The position numbers and the translations under genes are program-made. Below the pieces are notes generated by a model, which saw nothing but the letters and a program-made list of their open reading frames with translations, was not told the origin of the DNA and ran no database searches. From NCBI GenBank assembly GCA_951406725.2, contig OX597817.1:132494001-132558000 (forward strand): DNA of 64,000 nt, in the 5' to 3' direction. Below are positions 1 to 12,843 of the stretch, in pieces. This stretch comes from Octopus vulgaris. Taxonomy: Eukaryota. Position 1 is the stretch's first letter; the number at the start of each line of letters is the position of its first letter.

Positions 1-892
1 CGGGAACACGACACGCATTTTGACCTCGTTGGACTTTGTCAATTGCGTGTATCAGAACCGACCACATACTTAGTCAAGATATTTCGCTTCAGAAATAGCC
101 GAAACAGAAAATATTCCCTAGTTTTGCGAATAGTCGTGCGGTTGAATAAAAATTCGTCATATTCAAAAGAGGCGTCTTTGAAACATTTCACTAACGATGG
201 GCGACATGTTATGTTTTAAGTATTTGGACGAAAAACAAAACAAAAGAAAAAAAAAACATGTTAAGAGTAGAAAAAGCAAACTTCAATAGAGTAACCTTGA
301 TTTTGTTCGTAGAATTATACTTGTAAAGTTCTACGCAAGTATATACACCTACCTGCCTGCCTACCTAATTATCTACCTATCTGCTTACCAACATAATTAC
401 CTACCTACCTACCTACCTACCTACCTACCTACATACATACCTACATACCTACCTACCTACATACATAATACATGCATACATACAAAACATGTATGCATAC
501 ATACATACACACATACATATATACATACATATATGCAAACACACAGTCGCACATACAAACACACACACATACATATATAATGTCCTGTTCCATGATGGGA
601 GGATGAAAAAGAAAAGGAAACCATCAGCTGAGAGATAACTCATATTTAAAAAACAAAAATAATGTTTTTATGTGTTGTTAATAGTTTCATGTGCTAAGAA
701 TATGCCAGATAATGTTTTATAACGCGTCTGAAATCTCGGCACAGTCATCAGGCACATCCATGTGGACTGTGCCTGATGACTATGAGAAGATGTTAGATAC
801 GCTATAAAACATTGTTTGGAATGTTCTCGCACATATAACTGTTCGTAGCACATAAAAAACATGTACTGTGTTTATTAAATAATTATATATAT

Positions 893-1287
893 ATATTGTT
901 ATATTTCGGAATGGTCATATTGCCAGTTTAGCCAATAAAAACACAGGCACTATATATTTGGTGTTATTTTTTACATTAATCTTAATCTTATTTCGGCCAG
1001 AGTTCTTTCGTCACACTCCTGTGACCGCATCAGTGGTCCTTTGTTTTCTTCTTTCTTATTTGTATCTCTCCTTACAAACGATTAGTAAGGGGAGACACAA
1101 ATAAGAAAGAAGAAAACAAAGGACCACTGATGCGGTCACAGGAGTGTGACGAAAGAACTCTGGCCGAAATAAGATTAAGAATAATGTAAAAAATAAATAA
1201 CACTGAAGCAAAATAACACCAAATATATAGTGCGTGTGTTTTTATTGGCTAAACTGGCAATATGACCATTCCGAAATATAACAATAT
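893..1287. mobile_element. Palindromic (head-to-head) PLE-type mini-element with a hammerhead motif in each arm
   Basis: 893-1075 is the near-perfect reverse complement of 1085-1287 with a ~9-nt loop; (TA)n lies on the left flank. Confidence 0.75.
1121..1165 (+). ncRNA. Minimal type-I hammerhead ribozyme-like motif (mirror copy 995-1039, minus)
   Basis: GGACCA-CTGATGC-G-GTCACA-GGAG-TGTGAC-GAAA-GAAC-TC-TGGCC: stem I, core with A9>C, 6-bp stem II, GAAA, 2-bp stem III, UC cleavage site. Confidence 0.6.
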
Positions 1288-1402
1288 CTGTTTCAACCCG
1301 CGACTTCACATAAAAAATCTTGCACAACAAATATTTAAACGTATATATATATATATGTGTAGGTATATTATGCATGCATACATGTATATATGCATGTATA
1401 TG

Positions 1403-1463
<61 letters not shown>

Positions 1464-1566
1464 ATAATCTGTTTAAATAACCAAAGGATATACATAATTA
1501 CAAAGTTATAATAATATAATAATAATAATATTGATATACAAGAAAAACCTACTTCCCATACTTTTA

Positions 1567-1655
<89 letters not shown>

Positions 1656-1728
1656 GTATGTGTGTATATATGTATGTATGCATGTATGTATGTATGCATG
1701 TATGTATGTATGTATGTATGTATGTATG

Positions 1729-2259
1729 TCAGGTCACTTTCGAGTGCTACTGGTAATACCTGTTGCATGGTCGGGTCGTCGGCGACTAAACCGGCAACCC
1801 CACCAAGCTTTCTTGGTGAGAAGGGTGTTTATTGGACCCCCGCAGGATGAAAAACAAAATCCGTCAAAGGGCGGAGGAACTCTTGAGAGTCAACGGCCAT
1901 CCAATAAATGTCTTAAGGCTGTATCATGCGCGGGGACATAGAAATAATCGGACTGAATACCCGATCGCGCGATTAAATTGTTGGGAGTGAAGGACTTCTA
2001 GCCTTTGTTAGGGCATCCTTCTAGGAGAAGGTAACTCAGGTAACTGGATAACTCCGACATAGAACCTGCGGCTCAGTGGTTACCGATGATGTTGATTTGT
2101 TCTTTTCGGATTACGGCTGCTGTTGCTTAGTGAGTGGGATTGACTCAGTGCACAGCTTTTCCTCACTTTAAAAAAATCTTCTTGCACAGGCATTGCACGA
2201 TAACAACATTGATTAAGCTTCGTGCAATGGCCATACTCGATAATGAGGTGGCAGCCACC

Positions 2260-2260
<1 letters not shown>
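1729..2260 (+). mobile_element. Non-coding repeat, probably derived from an RTE-type LINE 5' UTR
   Basis: GC-richer block between (TATG)n tracts; contains CTAGGAGAAGGTAACTC, which resembles an RTE 5'-UTR motif recalled from memory; no ORF. Confidence 0.35.
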
Positions 2261-2290
<30 letters not shown>

Positions 2291-2373
2291 TGTATGTATG
2301 TATGTATGTATGTATGTATGTATGTATGCATGCATGCATGCATGCATGCATGTATGTATGTATGTATGTATGT

Positions 2374-2753
2374 AGAGCCGCAATGGCCCAGTGATTAGGG
2401 CTGCGGACTCGCGGTCGTAGGATCGCGGTTTCGATTCCCAGACCGGGCGTTGTGAGTGTTTATTGAGCGAAAACACCTAAAGCTCCACGATTCTCCGGCA
2501 GGGATGGTGGTGATCCCTGCTGTGCTCTTTCACCACAACTTTCTCTCACTCTTACTTCCTGTTTCTGTTGTACCTGTATTTCAAAGGGCCGGCCTTGTCA
2601 CTCTCTGTGTCACGCTGAATATCCCCGAGAACTGCATTAAGGGTACACGTGTCTGTGGAGTGCTCAGCCACTTACACGTTAATTTCACGAGCAGGCTGTT
2701 CCGTTGATAGGATCAACCGGAACTCTCGTCGTCGTAACCGACGGAGTGCTTCA
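2374..2753 (+). mobile_element. tRNA-derived SINE, family C (full length)
   Basis: A box TGGCCCAGTGATTAG, B box GGTTTCGATTCCC; homologous copies at 55700-56065 (-) and 5362-5492 (-, internally deleted). Confidence 0.85.
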
Positions 2754-3489
2754 ATGTATGTATGTATGTATGCATGCATGCATATGCGCGCGTGTGTGTC
2801 TGAGTGTGTCTGTATATACGTTGGGCTTCCACACAGTTTCTATCTATCAATTTTACAGAAAGGGCATTGGTCTGTCCGCACAGTGATATTGAACTCAAAA
2901 CCACACAGTTGCAAAGGCAGCTTCTTCACCACTCACCTATGCCCGCGTTTTAGTATGAAACTATATTGTTCACCCTCTCCTACGAATATTTCTATGGTAT
3001 GGTAAAGTAGTAGTATCGCCCTTTATATATATATAGTGTATTAGGTTATACAATGCAGTGCTATATTAACAAATAATAGAATGAAACGCTCGGTAGAATT
3101 GAATTATATAAACATAGAATAACATTCTATGAAATGTTACGCTATATAACTTCGCTGCATTGTAACATAGAGTATGTAGTTACAAACCATACATTGCGAT
3201 ATTTATTTACATAGACATGAGACCTGAGTACTGTCTGTTATGAATATGCATTGTAATTATAGAAGGCTATTCAACGGAAATATACGATAGACTCTTGTTT
3301 GATACATGTAAGCTTTATGTGGTATCGCCTTGTAAATATGTTCCGATAAAATAGAAGAGACGATGTTGACCTTAGCATTATCATCGGATAATATAAAATG
3401 ATTTAGACCTAATTTGAAACAAGCACATATATATATACATACATGAATATATTTATACATGTCTATGTGGGTTTGGTTATACACGTGTA

Positions 3490-3608
<119 letters not shown>

Positions 3609-3717
3609 GTATATATATATATACATATGCATACATATACATATATGTATATTTGTATATGTTTATATATATACATATATATATATTTTTATTTATTTAA
3701 TATAAAACTTAAAACTA

Positions 3718-3769
<52 letters not shown>

Positions 3770-3984
3770 TATATACATATATATTTTATACATATATAAG
3801 TGTGAGTGTGTGTGCATTCGTGTATATGTCTGCGTGTTTAAACGTTTACATTGTTTATGAGTTGTACACTTAACTTCTTACACTGACAGAAGATATGAAA
3901 AGTAATTTAAGTGGACGCCCCATGTTGGCCAGTTTCTCCCTCCTTCTCCCACCTATCTCTTACCCCTTCTCTCACTCTCTCACC

Positions 3985-4042
<58 letters not shown>

Positions 4043-4596
4043 CCAAAACAAACAGAAGGTTTTCTACAAACACTGTACAAGTTTTGCCATTTTGTGACAA
4101 CTCATTTCCACATTTCTTCTGTGAATACTCATCGCTCGTGAGCCTATTGCTTTACAATATTTGTCCATCTAATAATTAGATTGGTCTTAAATCATACAGC
4201 AGCCACATTTGATGCTTTTAGATTCCAGTTCGCTTTCTTTAGCCATTTTTACCGATCTTCATTCCATCTCCCTCTTCCTCGGTCCCCTTTCCTTTTTCTC
4301 TTTTACTCCCTCATAATCGTCCATACAAGACCGTCCAACATTATGAACAAACAGTCCAGATGGATCGGAATGTTGTCGACAAAACACCCAAATCATAAAC
4401 AACGGAGAAATGAGTAGAATTTCGAATCACATCTCCATATTTTATTTCCATCTTTAAGAATGGACATTTGGCAGAACTGGATTGAAATTGAAAGGAATTT
4501 CATAGAAATGGCGATGAAGCTGCCATTGTATTCTGTTACGTTGTGTTGCTGTGTATCAATACAATATCAGAACTGCAACAGAAAAAGGGCTGATAA

Positions 4597-4965
4597 AGGC
4601 GCACGCATGGCTGTGGGATTAAGGAGCTCGCTTTGCAGCCTCGAGGTTTCTGATTCAATACCACCATGGGCTGGTATGTTCTGCTATTAACCCGGACCGA
4701 TCAATGTTTTGTGAGTGAATTTGATGAACGGAAAATGTATGGAAGCCCGTCGTGTATGTATGTGTTTCTAGTGTTCCCACAACCGCTTCACAATCAGTGT
4801 TAATTAGTTTAAGTTCCCGTAATTTAACGGTTCGACAAAAATAAAACGATAGCATAAATATTAGGCTTCAAAAATGTTACTTCTTGTGTCAATTTGTTTG
4901 ACTAACCTCCTGTTGTGGTGCCCCAGCATGACTGCACTTGAATGAGTGAAACAAGAAAAAGATAA
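4597..4965 (+). mobile_element. Degenerate SINE family A
   Basis: tRNA-like head, GGAAGCCCGTCGTGTAT and tail GTGGTGCCCCAGCATG...GAAACAAG are colinear with 24100-24668. Confidence 0.65.
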
Positions 4966-5669
4966 TAGATAAACGATAGCATTAATTAGTATTAACAGAT
5001 TAGGAAATGATTAAATACTATCAAATGGATGAGCGTAAACTAGGTAATCCACTCCACAGACTGGAGATAAACTATGAATTAGTATTTAAGATTAGTGTTT
5101 GATATGTCACATAGTTTTGATTTAAAATATACAGTTTAATGTTTGTGTCGGGCATGAAACAAAATTTCCTTTTCAGATAAATGTTTACATTCATACATAC
5201 AAACGAAAGCAGTAAAAGTCAGTGAAAATGCTTTCAAGCGACAATTGAAAATGGACATGCGCAGAAGTGACATCATGATCTTTGGTGTCTCTTAAAATAA
5301 TGGATGTGTAATCGATGGAGATGACAACATAGTTAGATGTTATTGTTGGTTGTGTTCGTATCGTGGCACTCCATCGGTTACGACGACGAGGGTTCCAGTT
5401 GATCCGATCAACGAAACAGCCTGCTGAGAATCGAAACCGCGATCCTAAGACCGCGAGTCCGCTGCCGTAACCACTGGGCCATTGTGACTCCACTGTATTC
5501 GTATTTACCAGAATAGGGAAGTAGAATCACATTTAGTTCTTGTTAAAATAGCTTTTTCAGAGTAAAAAGTGTCAAGAATACTTTCATTCGTATAGTTAAT
5601 TAGTCATGCATATTTGATATGTAACAACCAGGACATTAATTAATTGATTAGTCCCTGATAATTGACTAT

Positions 5670-5955
5670 AGAATTTCTCAAGGTATTAGAATCTTATATG
5701 TATACCATTCTGCCTAAATAATGGATCTACAAATGCAATATCCTTGCATATCTCACATCTATTTTCATTCTTCCACTTCACTCTCTATTTCATATCTTAT
5801 CTAAATTAACTATTGCTTAACCATTTTCTCACACCGTCTCCGATGAAGGGATATAATAGATGTCCTGGAAACAGCTGTAAGACCTTCTATTTATAAATGT
5901 TCTAAAATCTTCACAGCCTTGGTTTTTTCATCTCATTCTGAAAAAAAAATTATAT
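5670..5955 (+). mobile_element. PLE-type 3' end with hammerhead motif at 5836-5883
   Basis: GTCT-CCGATGA-AGGGATAT..ATGTCCT-GGAAA-CAGCTG-TA-AGAC with palindromic ACAGCTGT stem III; homologous minus copy at ~29440-29790; ends in (TA)n. Confidence 0.6.
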
Positions 5956-6099
5956 ATACGCACGCTGATATATGACCAGCGTTGGACTCCTTATTCGCAT
6001 AATCACCGAACCTGGAACTTAACTGTGGTCTATCCATAGCACTTACTCAGCATTACCTGACACCTTTGGGTCTTAATGACACCATTACCTCTCATAACC

Positions 6100-6157
<58 letters not shown>

Positions 6158-6201
6158 CGCGTGTGTGTGTGTATGTGTGTATGTGTCTGTGTGTGTGTAC
6201 G

Positions 6202-6238
<37 letters not shown>

Positions 6239-6249
6239 ATGTGTGTGTG

Positions 6250-6470
6250 TTTATGTGTCTGTGTTTGTCCACCTAGCATTGCTTGACAACCGATGCTGGT
6301 GTGTTTACGTCCCAGTCACTTAGCGGTTCGGCAAAAGAGACCGATAGAATAAGTACTGGGCTTACAAAGAATAAGTCCCGGGGTCGATTTGCTCGACTAA
6401 AGGTGGTGCTCCAGCATGGCCGCAGTCAAATAACTGAAACAAGTAAAAGAATAAAAGAATAAAAAGAATA
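6250..6470 (+). mobile_element. SINE family A, 3' half
   Basis: Close match to 24455-24668 (CTTAGCGGTTCGGCAAAAGAGACCGATAGAATAAGTAC...CCAGCATGGCCGCAGTCAAA). Confidence 0.85.
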
Positions 6471-6480
6471 TATATATATA

Positions 6481-7083
6481 TAATTGTTAAACAGGACGTC
6501 AAACATTAAAGCAACGCAAACATCTCAAGTCATATACAATATTATTATGGTAAGAAATTCAAAATCTTACAACTGTTTCAGGGATATACTCGAGTATGGG
6601 ATATTCCATCAACAGAGACAAATTTGAGGGGGGGGGGAATGAGAATAGTATTCATCAATAAAATGACAGCATAGAAGAAGGGAGTAAAAGTATAAAGGAA
6701 TGGAAAGGGAGAAGAAAGAAGAGGCATAAATGTTCATAGTTCAACTATCCGAAGTTATAGAAAGCAGAGCATGAGTCCTTAGGTGCAATCCTGCGTAGAT
6801 CCATGTGGGTTAAAGTCCTTATATAGTAGACATCCCATTTTATGCCTCTTTTTTCTTCTCTCTTTGCATCTCCATGTTCTTTTACTCCCTTCCTCTACGT
6901 TGTCATCTTATTAATATATACTATTCTCATTTTCCCTATTTGTTTCTGATGACGAGAGTATCCCATACTCGAAGATATCCCCCAAACAGCTGTAAGATTT
7001 TGAATTTCTTCCTGTAATAATATTGTATTTCACTTGAGATGTTTTCCTTTCCTTAATGTTTGCTGTCCTGTTTAATAATTATA
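6481..7083. mobile_element. Palindromic PLE-type element with decayed hammerheads in both arms
   Basis: 6481-6730 is the reverse complement of 6839-7083; right arm CTGATGA...AAACAGCTGTAAGA (6946-6997), left arm (minus) CTGTTGA...GAAACAGTTGTAAGA; TA flanks. Confidence 0.65.
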
Positions 7084-7162
7084 TATCTGCTGCATCGGAA
7101 ATCTGCAATGGTTCCATGACTACCTTCTCGGCTATAACCTTGGAGTCCCAGTAATCCGTTAC

Positions 7163-7232
<70 letters not shown>

Positions 7233-7408
7233 ATTTTTTAAAATTAAATATGCAAAAACGTAACAAAACAGTTTTTGCAACTTTGATTTAAGAAAACATA
7301 TTACTAATATTAATAAAAAAATATTATTCTACCCTTGGCTTTCTTGTTCCAGTTTTGTTTTGTTTTTATATGTATACATATAGCGGCGTACGTACACTTT
7401 TGGCCTCC

Positions 7409-7439
<31 letters not shown>

Positions 7440-7494
7440 GCGTGTGTGTGTGTGAGTGTGATTGTATACATACAATCATACATACATACATACA

Positions 7495-7810
7495 TTTCGG
7501 ATAGAGAAGGAAAACTCTGCACAGTTGTGGAAATTAGTTGTTCAGCAGATGTTAATATAAAGCTGAAAATCAGTGAAAAGGAGAACACCTATGCTGAACT
7601 ATTGAGAAATCTGCAGTTACTCTATCCAAGTTCAGCTTTGTACCTGTAATTATTGGGGCCCTGGGATATGTAACACACTGCCTAAATACCAATTTTGAGA
7701 AATTGGGATTCTCAAAACCAGAAAAGTGAAAGCTAGTTGGAAAACTAAAGATCCAATCCATCACTTGAACTGTATAGATCTGTAAAACTGTGCAGAAGTT
7801 TACCATTTAA
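7495..7810 (+). mobile_element. Dong/R4-clade LINE 3' fragment (restriction-like endonuclease C-terminus), decayed
   Basis: DREGKLCTVVEISCSADVNIKLKISEKENTYAELLRNLQ, then after a frameshift FVPVIIGALGYV; typical RLE-end motifs; (TACA)n on both sides. Confidence 0.75.
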
Positions 7811-8035
7811 ATGTATATGAGCATATCTAGATAGGCAGCTATATGCATGAGAATACATACACAAAACATACAAATCTGCACGCACATACATACATACATA
7901 CATATATACATACATACATACATACATACATACATACACACACATACATACGCACATACATGCATACATACATACATACATACATACATACATACATACA
8001 TACATACATACATACATACATACACACATACATAC

Positions 8036-8235
8036 AAAAATACCGTGTTATTTATGTTGAAATCCCAATTAAGAAATTTTGAAATAAACTGAATAATAAT
8101 ATACAGACGTACATTGAGACAAAATATCCATGGGTCTTTGAAAAGGTGTTTGCAAATCCAGTCTCCAAGATACACTTACAGATTCATGCCTATTATTACT
8201 GGAGCAAGATGATACATAGCAACCCCTCTGGAGCA
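8036..8235 (+). mobile_element. Second, more diverged Dong/R4 RLE fragment
   Basis: GSLKRCLQIQSPRYTYRFMPIITGAR aligns with YAELLRNLQLLYP..FVPVIIGALG of the upstream fragment. Confidence 0.5.
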
Positions 8236-8429
8236 AAATATGACTGAACTTGGAATCTTGGTGACAGAACGCAGATCCTTAATTCATACACTACATATAG
8301 TCATGATATCTGCGACAATAAAAATCTGAAAGACGCTCGGATTTCAAGGATGATGGTTAAAACAAGATGCTTTCCTTCACAACCTTGCTACCATGAGAAC
8401 ATATATACATACATACAAGCACTCATACA

Positions 8430-8461
<32 letters not shown>

Positions 8462-8804
8462 TACACACATACATACACACATACATACACACATACACAC
8501 ACATACACACATACACACATACGTACATACACACATACATATATACACACACATGCACACACACATACACATACACACATACACACATACACACACACAT
8601 ACACACACGCACACATGCACACATGCATACATGCATGTATGCGTACATTCGGACGGACAGACATGCTTGCATATGTCTGTGTCTTCACGTTTGAGCCTTC
8701 AATTTTCTGTATCTCAGACACACAAAGCATTCACAGATACCAGTATTTCACGTATATTTTATACGTGGAAACGTACGTTCTGTTCTCCACAATGCCACGA
8801 TATT

Positions 8805-9040
8805 CTTATGTCTTTACTGCCCACAAGGGGCTAAACACAGAGAGGACAAACAGGAACAGACAAACGGATTAAGTCGATTCTATCGACCCCAGTGCGTAAC
8901 TGGTACTTATTTAATCGACCCCAAAAGGATGAAAGGCAAAGTCGACCTCGGCAGAATTTGAACTCAGAAAATAACGGCAGACGAAATACGACTACGCATT
9001 TCGCCCGGCGTGCTAACGTTTCTGCGAGCTCGCTGCCTTA
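8805..9040 (-). mobile_element. SINE family B (Meta-domain-like central region)
   Basis: Minus strand has GAGGTCGACTTTGCCTTTCATCC..GGGGTCGATTAAATAAGTACCAG; many copies in the window. Confidence 0.8.
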
Positions 9041-9434
9041 CACAATGCCACGATATCCTACAACACAGAAGACTATTATTGGCATAAAACAATATTATAC
9101 TTTATAATCAACAGTTGTTTGTGACAGAAAAGAGAAACAGACACTTCTGTTTTCTATCTCAGATTTTCTAATTATAATTTTTAATTGTTAAGTTAATTAA
9201 TTCATAACTATTATTATCGACATCCCATAATGCCTAATTCCAACTCAAAAAAGATTTTCACTTATTCAAATTCTATTAATTTTCATTTTAATCCAAAATC
9301 TTCCATTATTTTCTATCTTTTATCTTTCAGCTTTTATTTGCGTCAAGAACTGGACCGTGGCCATGTTGGAGCACTGCCCTGTAGGGTTTGGTACCTGCTA
9401 CATTAGTTTCTTTTGTCGAACAGGTACTTGTAAC

Positions 9435-9748
9435 ATTGGTCTCGGTTGGCTCATGATCGTAAGGTCGTGAGTTCAATTCCCAGCGATGCGTTCTGTACTT
9501 GAGTAAGACATAAGATATTTTATTTCACATTACTCCAGTCCACTCATCTGGCAAAAATGAATAGCACCTGTATTTCAAAGCGCCAGTCTTGTCACACTCT
9601 GTGTCACGCTGAATCTCCCTCAGTACTACGTTAAGGGTACACGTGTCTGTGGAGTGTTCAGCCACTCGCACGTTAATTTCACGAGCAAGCTGTTCCGTTG
9701 ATCGTATCAGCTGGGACCCTCGTCATCGTAACCAACGGAGTGCTCCTT
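9435..9748 (+). mobile_element. SINE with D-type head and family-C tail
   Basis: Head GTGAGTTCAATTCCC..CTTGAGTAAGACA; tail matches 2575-2750. Confidence 0.75.
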
Positions 9749-10013
9749 AAACATACCCCCAGAAGATGGATGGTCACAGCTGCACTGCCTTTAGTGTGGG
9801 CCTGCTCAATCATAATGGTAATGCCGAGTCTACATAACAACATTGACAAAGACATTACATTTTAAATTACAACAAATATTCATACATAGCAATATCACGG
9901 ATATTGACGGGGATTTGTCAAGTAATTGTGTTTTCAAGGAGTTGTGTCGTCAAGGACATTTGTTGTTAGGGAGTATTGTAAGGCACTTGTGTTTTAAGGT
10001 ACTTGTGTTGTTA

Positions 10014-10352
10014 GGTGAAGGCGCGTGGCTCAGTGGTTAGAACGTCGATCTTACGACCGTGAGGTTGTGAGTTTGAATCCCGGATCATGTTGCGTGTTGT
10101 GTTCTTGAGCAAGACACTTTATTTCACGTTGCTCCAGTTCACTCAGCTGTAGAAATGAGTTGCGACGTCACAGGTGCCAAGCTGTATTGGACCTTTTGCC
10201 TTTTCCTTGGATAACACTGGTGGCGTGGAGAGGAGAGGCTGGTATGCATGGGCAACTGCTGGTCTTCCACAAACAACGTTGCCCAGACTTGTGCGTGGGA
10301 GGGTAACTTTCTAGGTTCAATCCCATGGACATTCGTGACCGAAGGGGGTCTC
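10014..10352 (+). mobile_element. tRNA-derived SINE, D-type head with a distinct tail
   Basis: GGCGCGTGGCTCAGTGGTTAG A box, GAGTTTGAATCCC B box, GTTCTTGAGCAAGACACTT central motif. Confidence 0.75.
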
Positions 10353-11010
10353 CGTTATTAGGGATTTCCATTCCCCAGAAGTTTCTATCTGCATCACTCA
10401 AATTTTGAACTGCTCCTTGCACTTATTTATTTAAAATCACCGAATTGTCATTCCGTATCCAACAAAGGGCCACCATAGTGTCAGCGAATCGGCAACGAAA
10501 AATAACCGTGGAAACTGCTTTGTAGCACAACCAACACTCATCAAGTAACGAAAAGAAGAAATTTGACAATAAAGGTAATACTCGGGAGAAAGGTGGGATG
10601 GGCATGGATGGATCATTATATATCCTGGTTGATGTGACAATACGCAACAATAATTCTTTCCCTGTTTCCTATCCCATACAACATATTCCGCGAAATTCTA
10701 CTCCCAATATTACACGTAATTATTCGCAACCTCATTCTAATTATTTGATGACAACTCTCAGCTTATTTTGCTGGGTATGATGTAAAGTGTCGGCTGGCCA
10801 CAGCCAGAACTCTAAAGCGACCCTCTTTGCTGATCATGTTTCAAAAACCTCACAGAGAACTTTTGCACTTCCGAGTGAGGATAATTGTTTTTTGTAGATG
10901 TTTTGTTTTTACATTTGAACCAATCCTTGTTTTTTTTTAGCCATGTTGGTAGTTGAGTGCAAATATTTTCCAAACGCGCCATTTACTATTGGTATCATCA
11001 TCATCATTGC

Positions 11011-11300
<290 letters not shown>

Positions 11301-11637
11301 TAATGTTACATATTTTCCTTATTCTCTTTCAACAGAGAAATGCCGCTCTACAAATTAGCGAAAAATCACTCGGACACTCTGACCCACAGGTGAAATATCT
11401 CCTTCCTCTGCTTTTTATACCGCTACTATAATGGCCTCTGATCCTAGATCTGTTTGGTCATACACTGTGTCCACTCAGATATTTCTTATTTTTCTTCCTT
11501 TCATCACCTACTTTATATCCTTCCTAGTCACTACACTTGCCACTACGAGTCGTATTTTCTCATTAAAACGCATCCCATTGGTGCTCTCTTCCTGGTCATG
11601 TCTTTCCAGCTCCTGAAGTGATTTGTAATGTAAACAG

Positions 11638-12002
11638 CAGTGGCAGACTGGCCAGGCTGCCAGCTTGTCCGATGGTAATTGTGCCCCAGCGTCATTAGAA
11701 TCCATATATGGGGGCCCAGGTTATATCTAAGGGGCCCGGCCCCTCAATTCTGAGAATTTTTATTCACTCCTGGAAGAATGCCTTAATTATTTAAGCCAAG
11801 TTGTGTTTGTAGACAGTTGAAAAGAATACTTTTAACAAAAATAAAGCAAAAAAAAATTAAATGATAGCATTGTAGTTGCGAGTGAGCCCCCTTGTAGTTG
11901 TGAGGGGGGACACCTTGTAGTTGCGGGTGAATCCATTTATAGTTGTGGGTGGTCCCACTTTGTCTGCTGGCTACCAATATTTTTAGACCCAGTCCGCCAC
12001 TG
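11638..12002. mobile_element. hAT-type MITE
   Basis: TIRs CAGTGGCAGACTGG / CCAGTCCGCCACTG; 8-bp flanks GTAAACAG / GCGAACAG (6/8 match, decayed TSD); internal ~21-bp tandem repeat at 11870-11960. Confidence 0.7.
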
Positions 12003-12374
12003 GCGAACAGTATCAGTCTCAGTGATATTGGGATACTCAAAAATGGCCTGCGTATTGTCCCTTCTTTCAGAACCAGCAAATAATAGCAAACTGGTGTGCT
12101 TCTTTTAATATAAAGAAACATAGGCATCGTGAAATCAAAACTGATGATATTGTCTTTGAAATGGGGAATGGTGGGTTATGAATGAAGAAAAAAAATCAAA
12201 GATGTCTAACTTCGAACTTATCATAATGGACCGAGTTTTTGTGATTTGGGGTGGGAGGGTTTCTGTATTTGAAAAATATTTGAGGGGAAGAAAAATTTAT
12301 ATGAATGGAAGGTTACTGAAGGAAAAGTTTGTCTGATATTGGTATGTGAAGATAGAAAATGGAGCGAGAAGTCG

Positions 12375-12843
12375 AAATGAAGAAGAAAAGGAAGAGAACG
12401 AGAAGGTGGAGAAGTAGCAGAGAAGAAGGAAGTGGAGGAGAAGAAGAAGTAGAACGTGAAGGAAGATGATGAGGAAAAGGAAAGTGTCCAGAAAAAGAAG
12501 AGATGAAGAAGAAATAAAGGCACAGAAGAAATAAAGAAGCAAAGAAGTGAAGAAGAAGAAGGAGAAGAAGAAGAAGAAGAAGAAGAAAAAGAAAAAGAAG
12601 GAAGAGAAGGAGGATGAGAAGAAGAAGAAGAAGAAGAAGAAGAAGAAGAAGAAGAAGGAGAAGAAGAAGAAGAAGAAGAAGAAGAAGACGAAGAAGGAAA
12701 CGGAGATGAAGAAGGAAACGAAGAAGAAGAAGAAGAAGAAGAAGAAGAAGAAGAAGAAGAAGAAGGAGAAGAAGAAGAAGAAGAAGAAGAAGAAGAAGAA
12801 GAAGAAGAAGAAGAAGAAGAAGAAGAAGAAGAAGAAGAAGAAG
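12375..12843 (+). repeat. (AAG)n purine microsatellite
   Basis: Directly visible; source of the poly-K/poly-L pseudo-ORFs. Confidence 0.95.

Noticed and set aside
1760-1900. HDV-like ribozyme in the RTE-like 5' UTR
   Set aside because: Could not build the nested double pseudoknot by eye; needs a descriptor search.
2374-2445. SINE heads as real tRNA genes
   Set aside because: Acceptor stems are incomplete and the heads continue into SINE bodies.
9920-10012. ~17-bp degenerate repeats (AAGGCACTTGTGTTTT) as CRISPR-like
   Set aside because: No spacers, eukaryotic context; a simple minisatellite.
10935-11000. PIVNGAFG as another Dong RLE remnant
   Set aside because: Too short to support.
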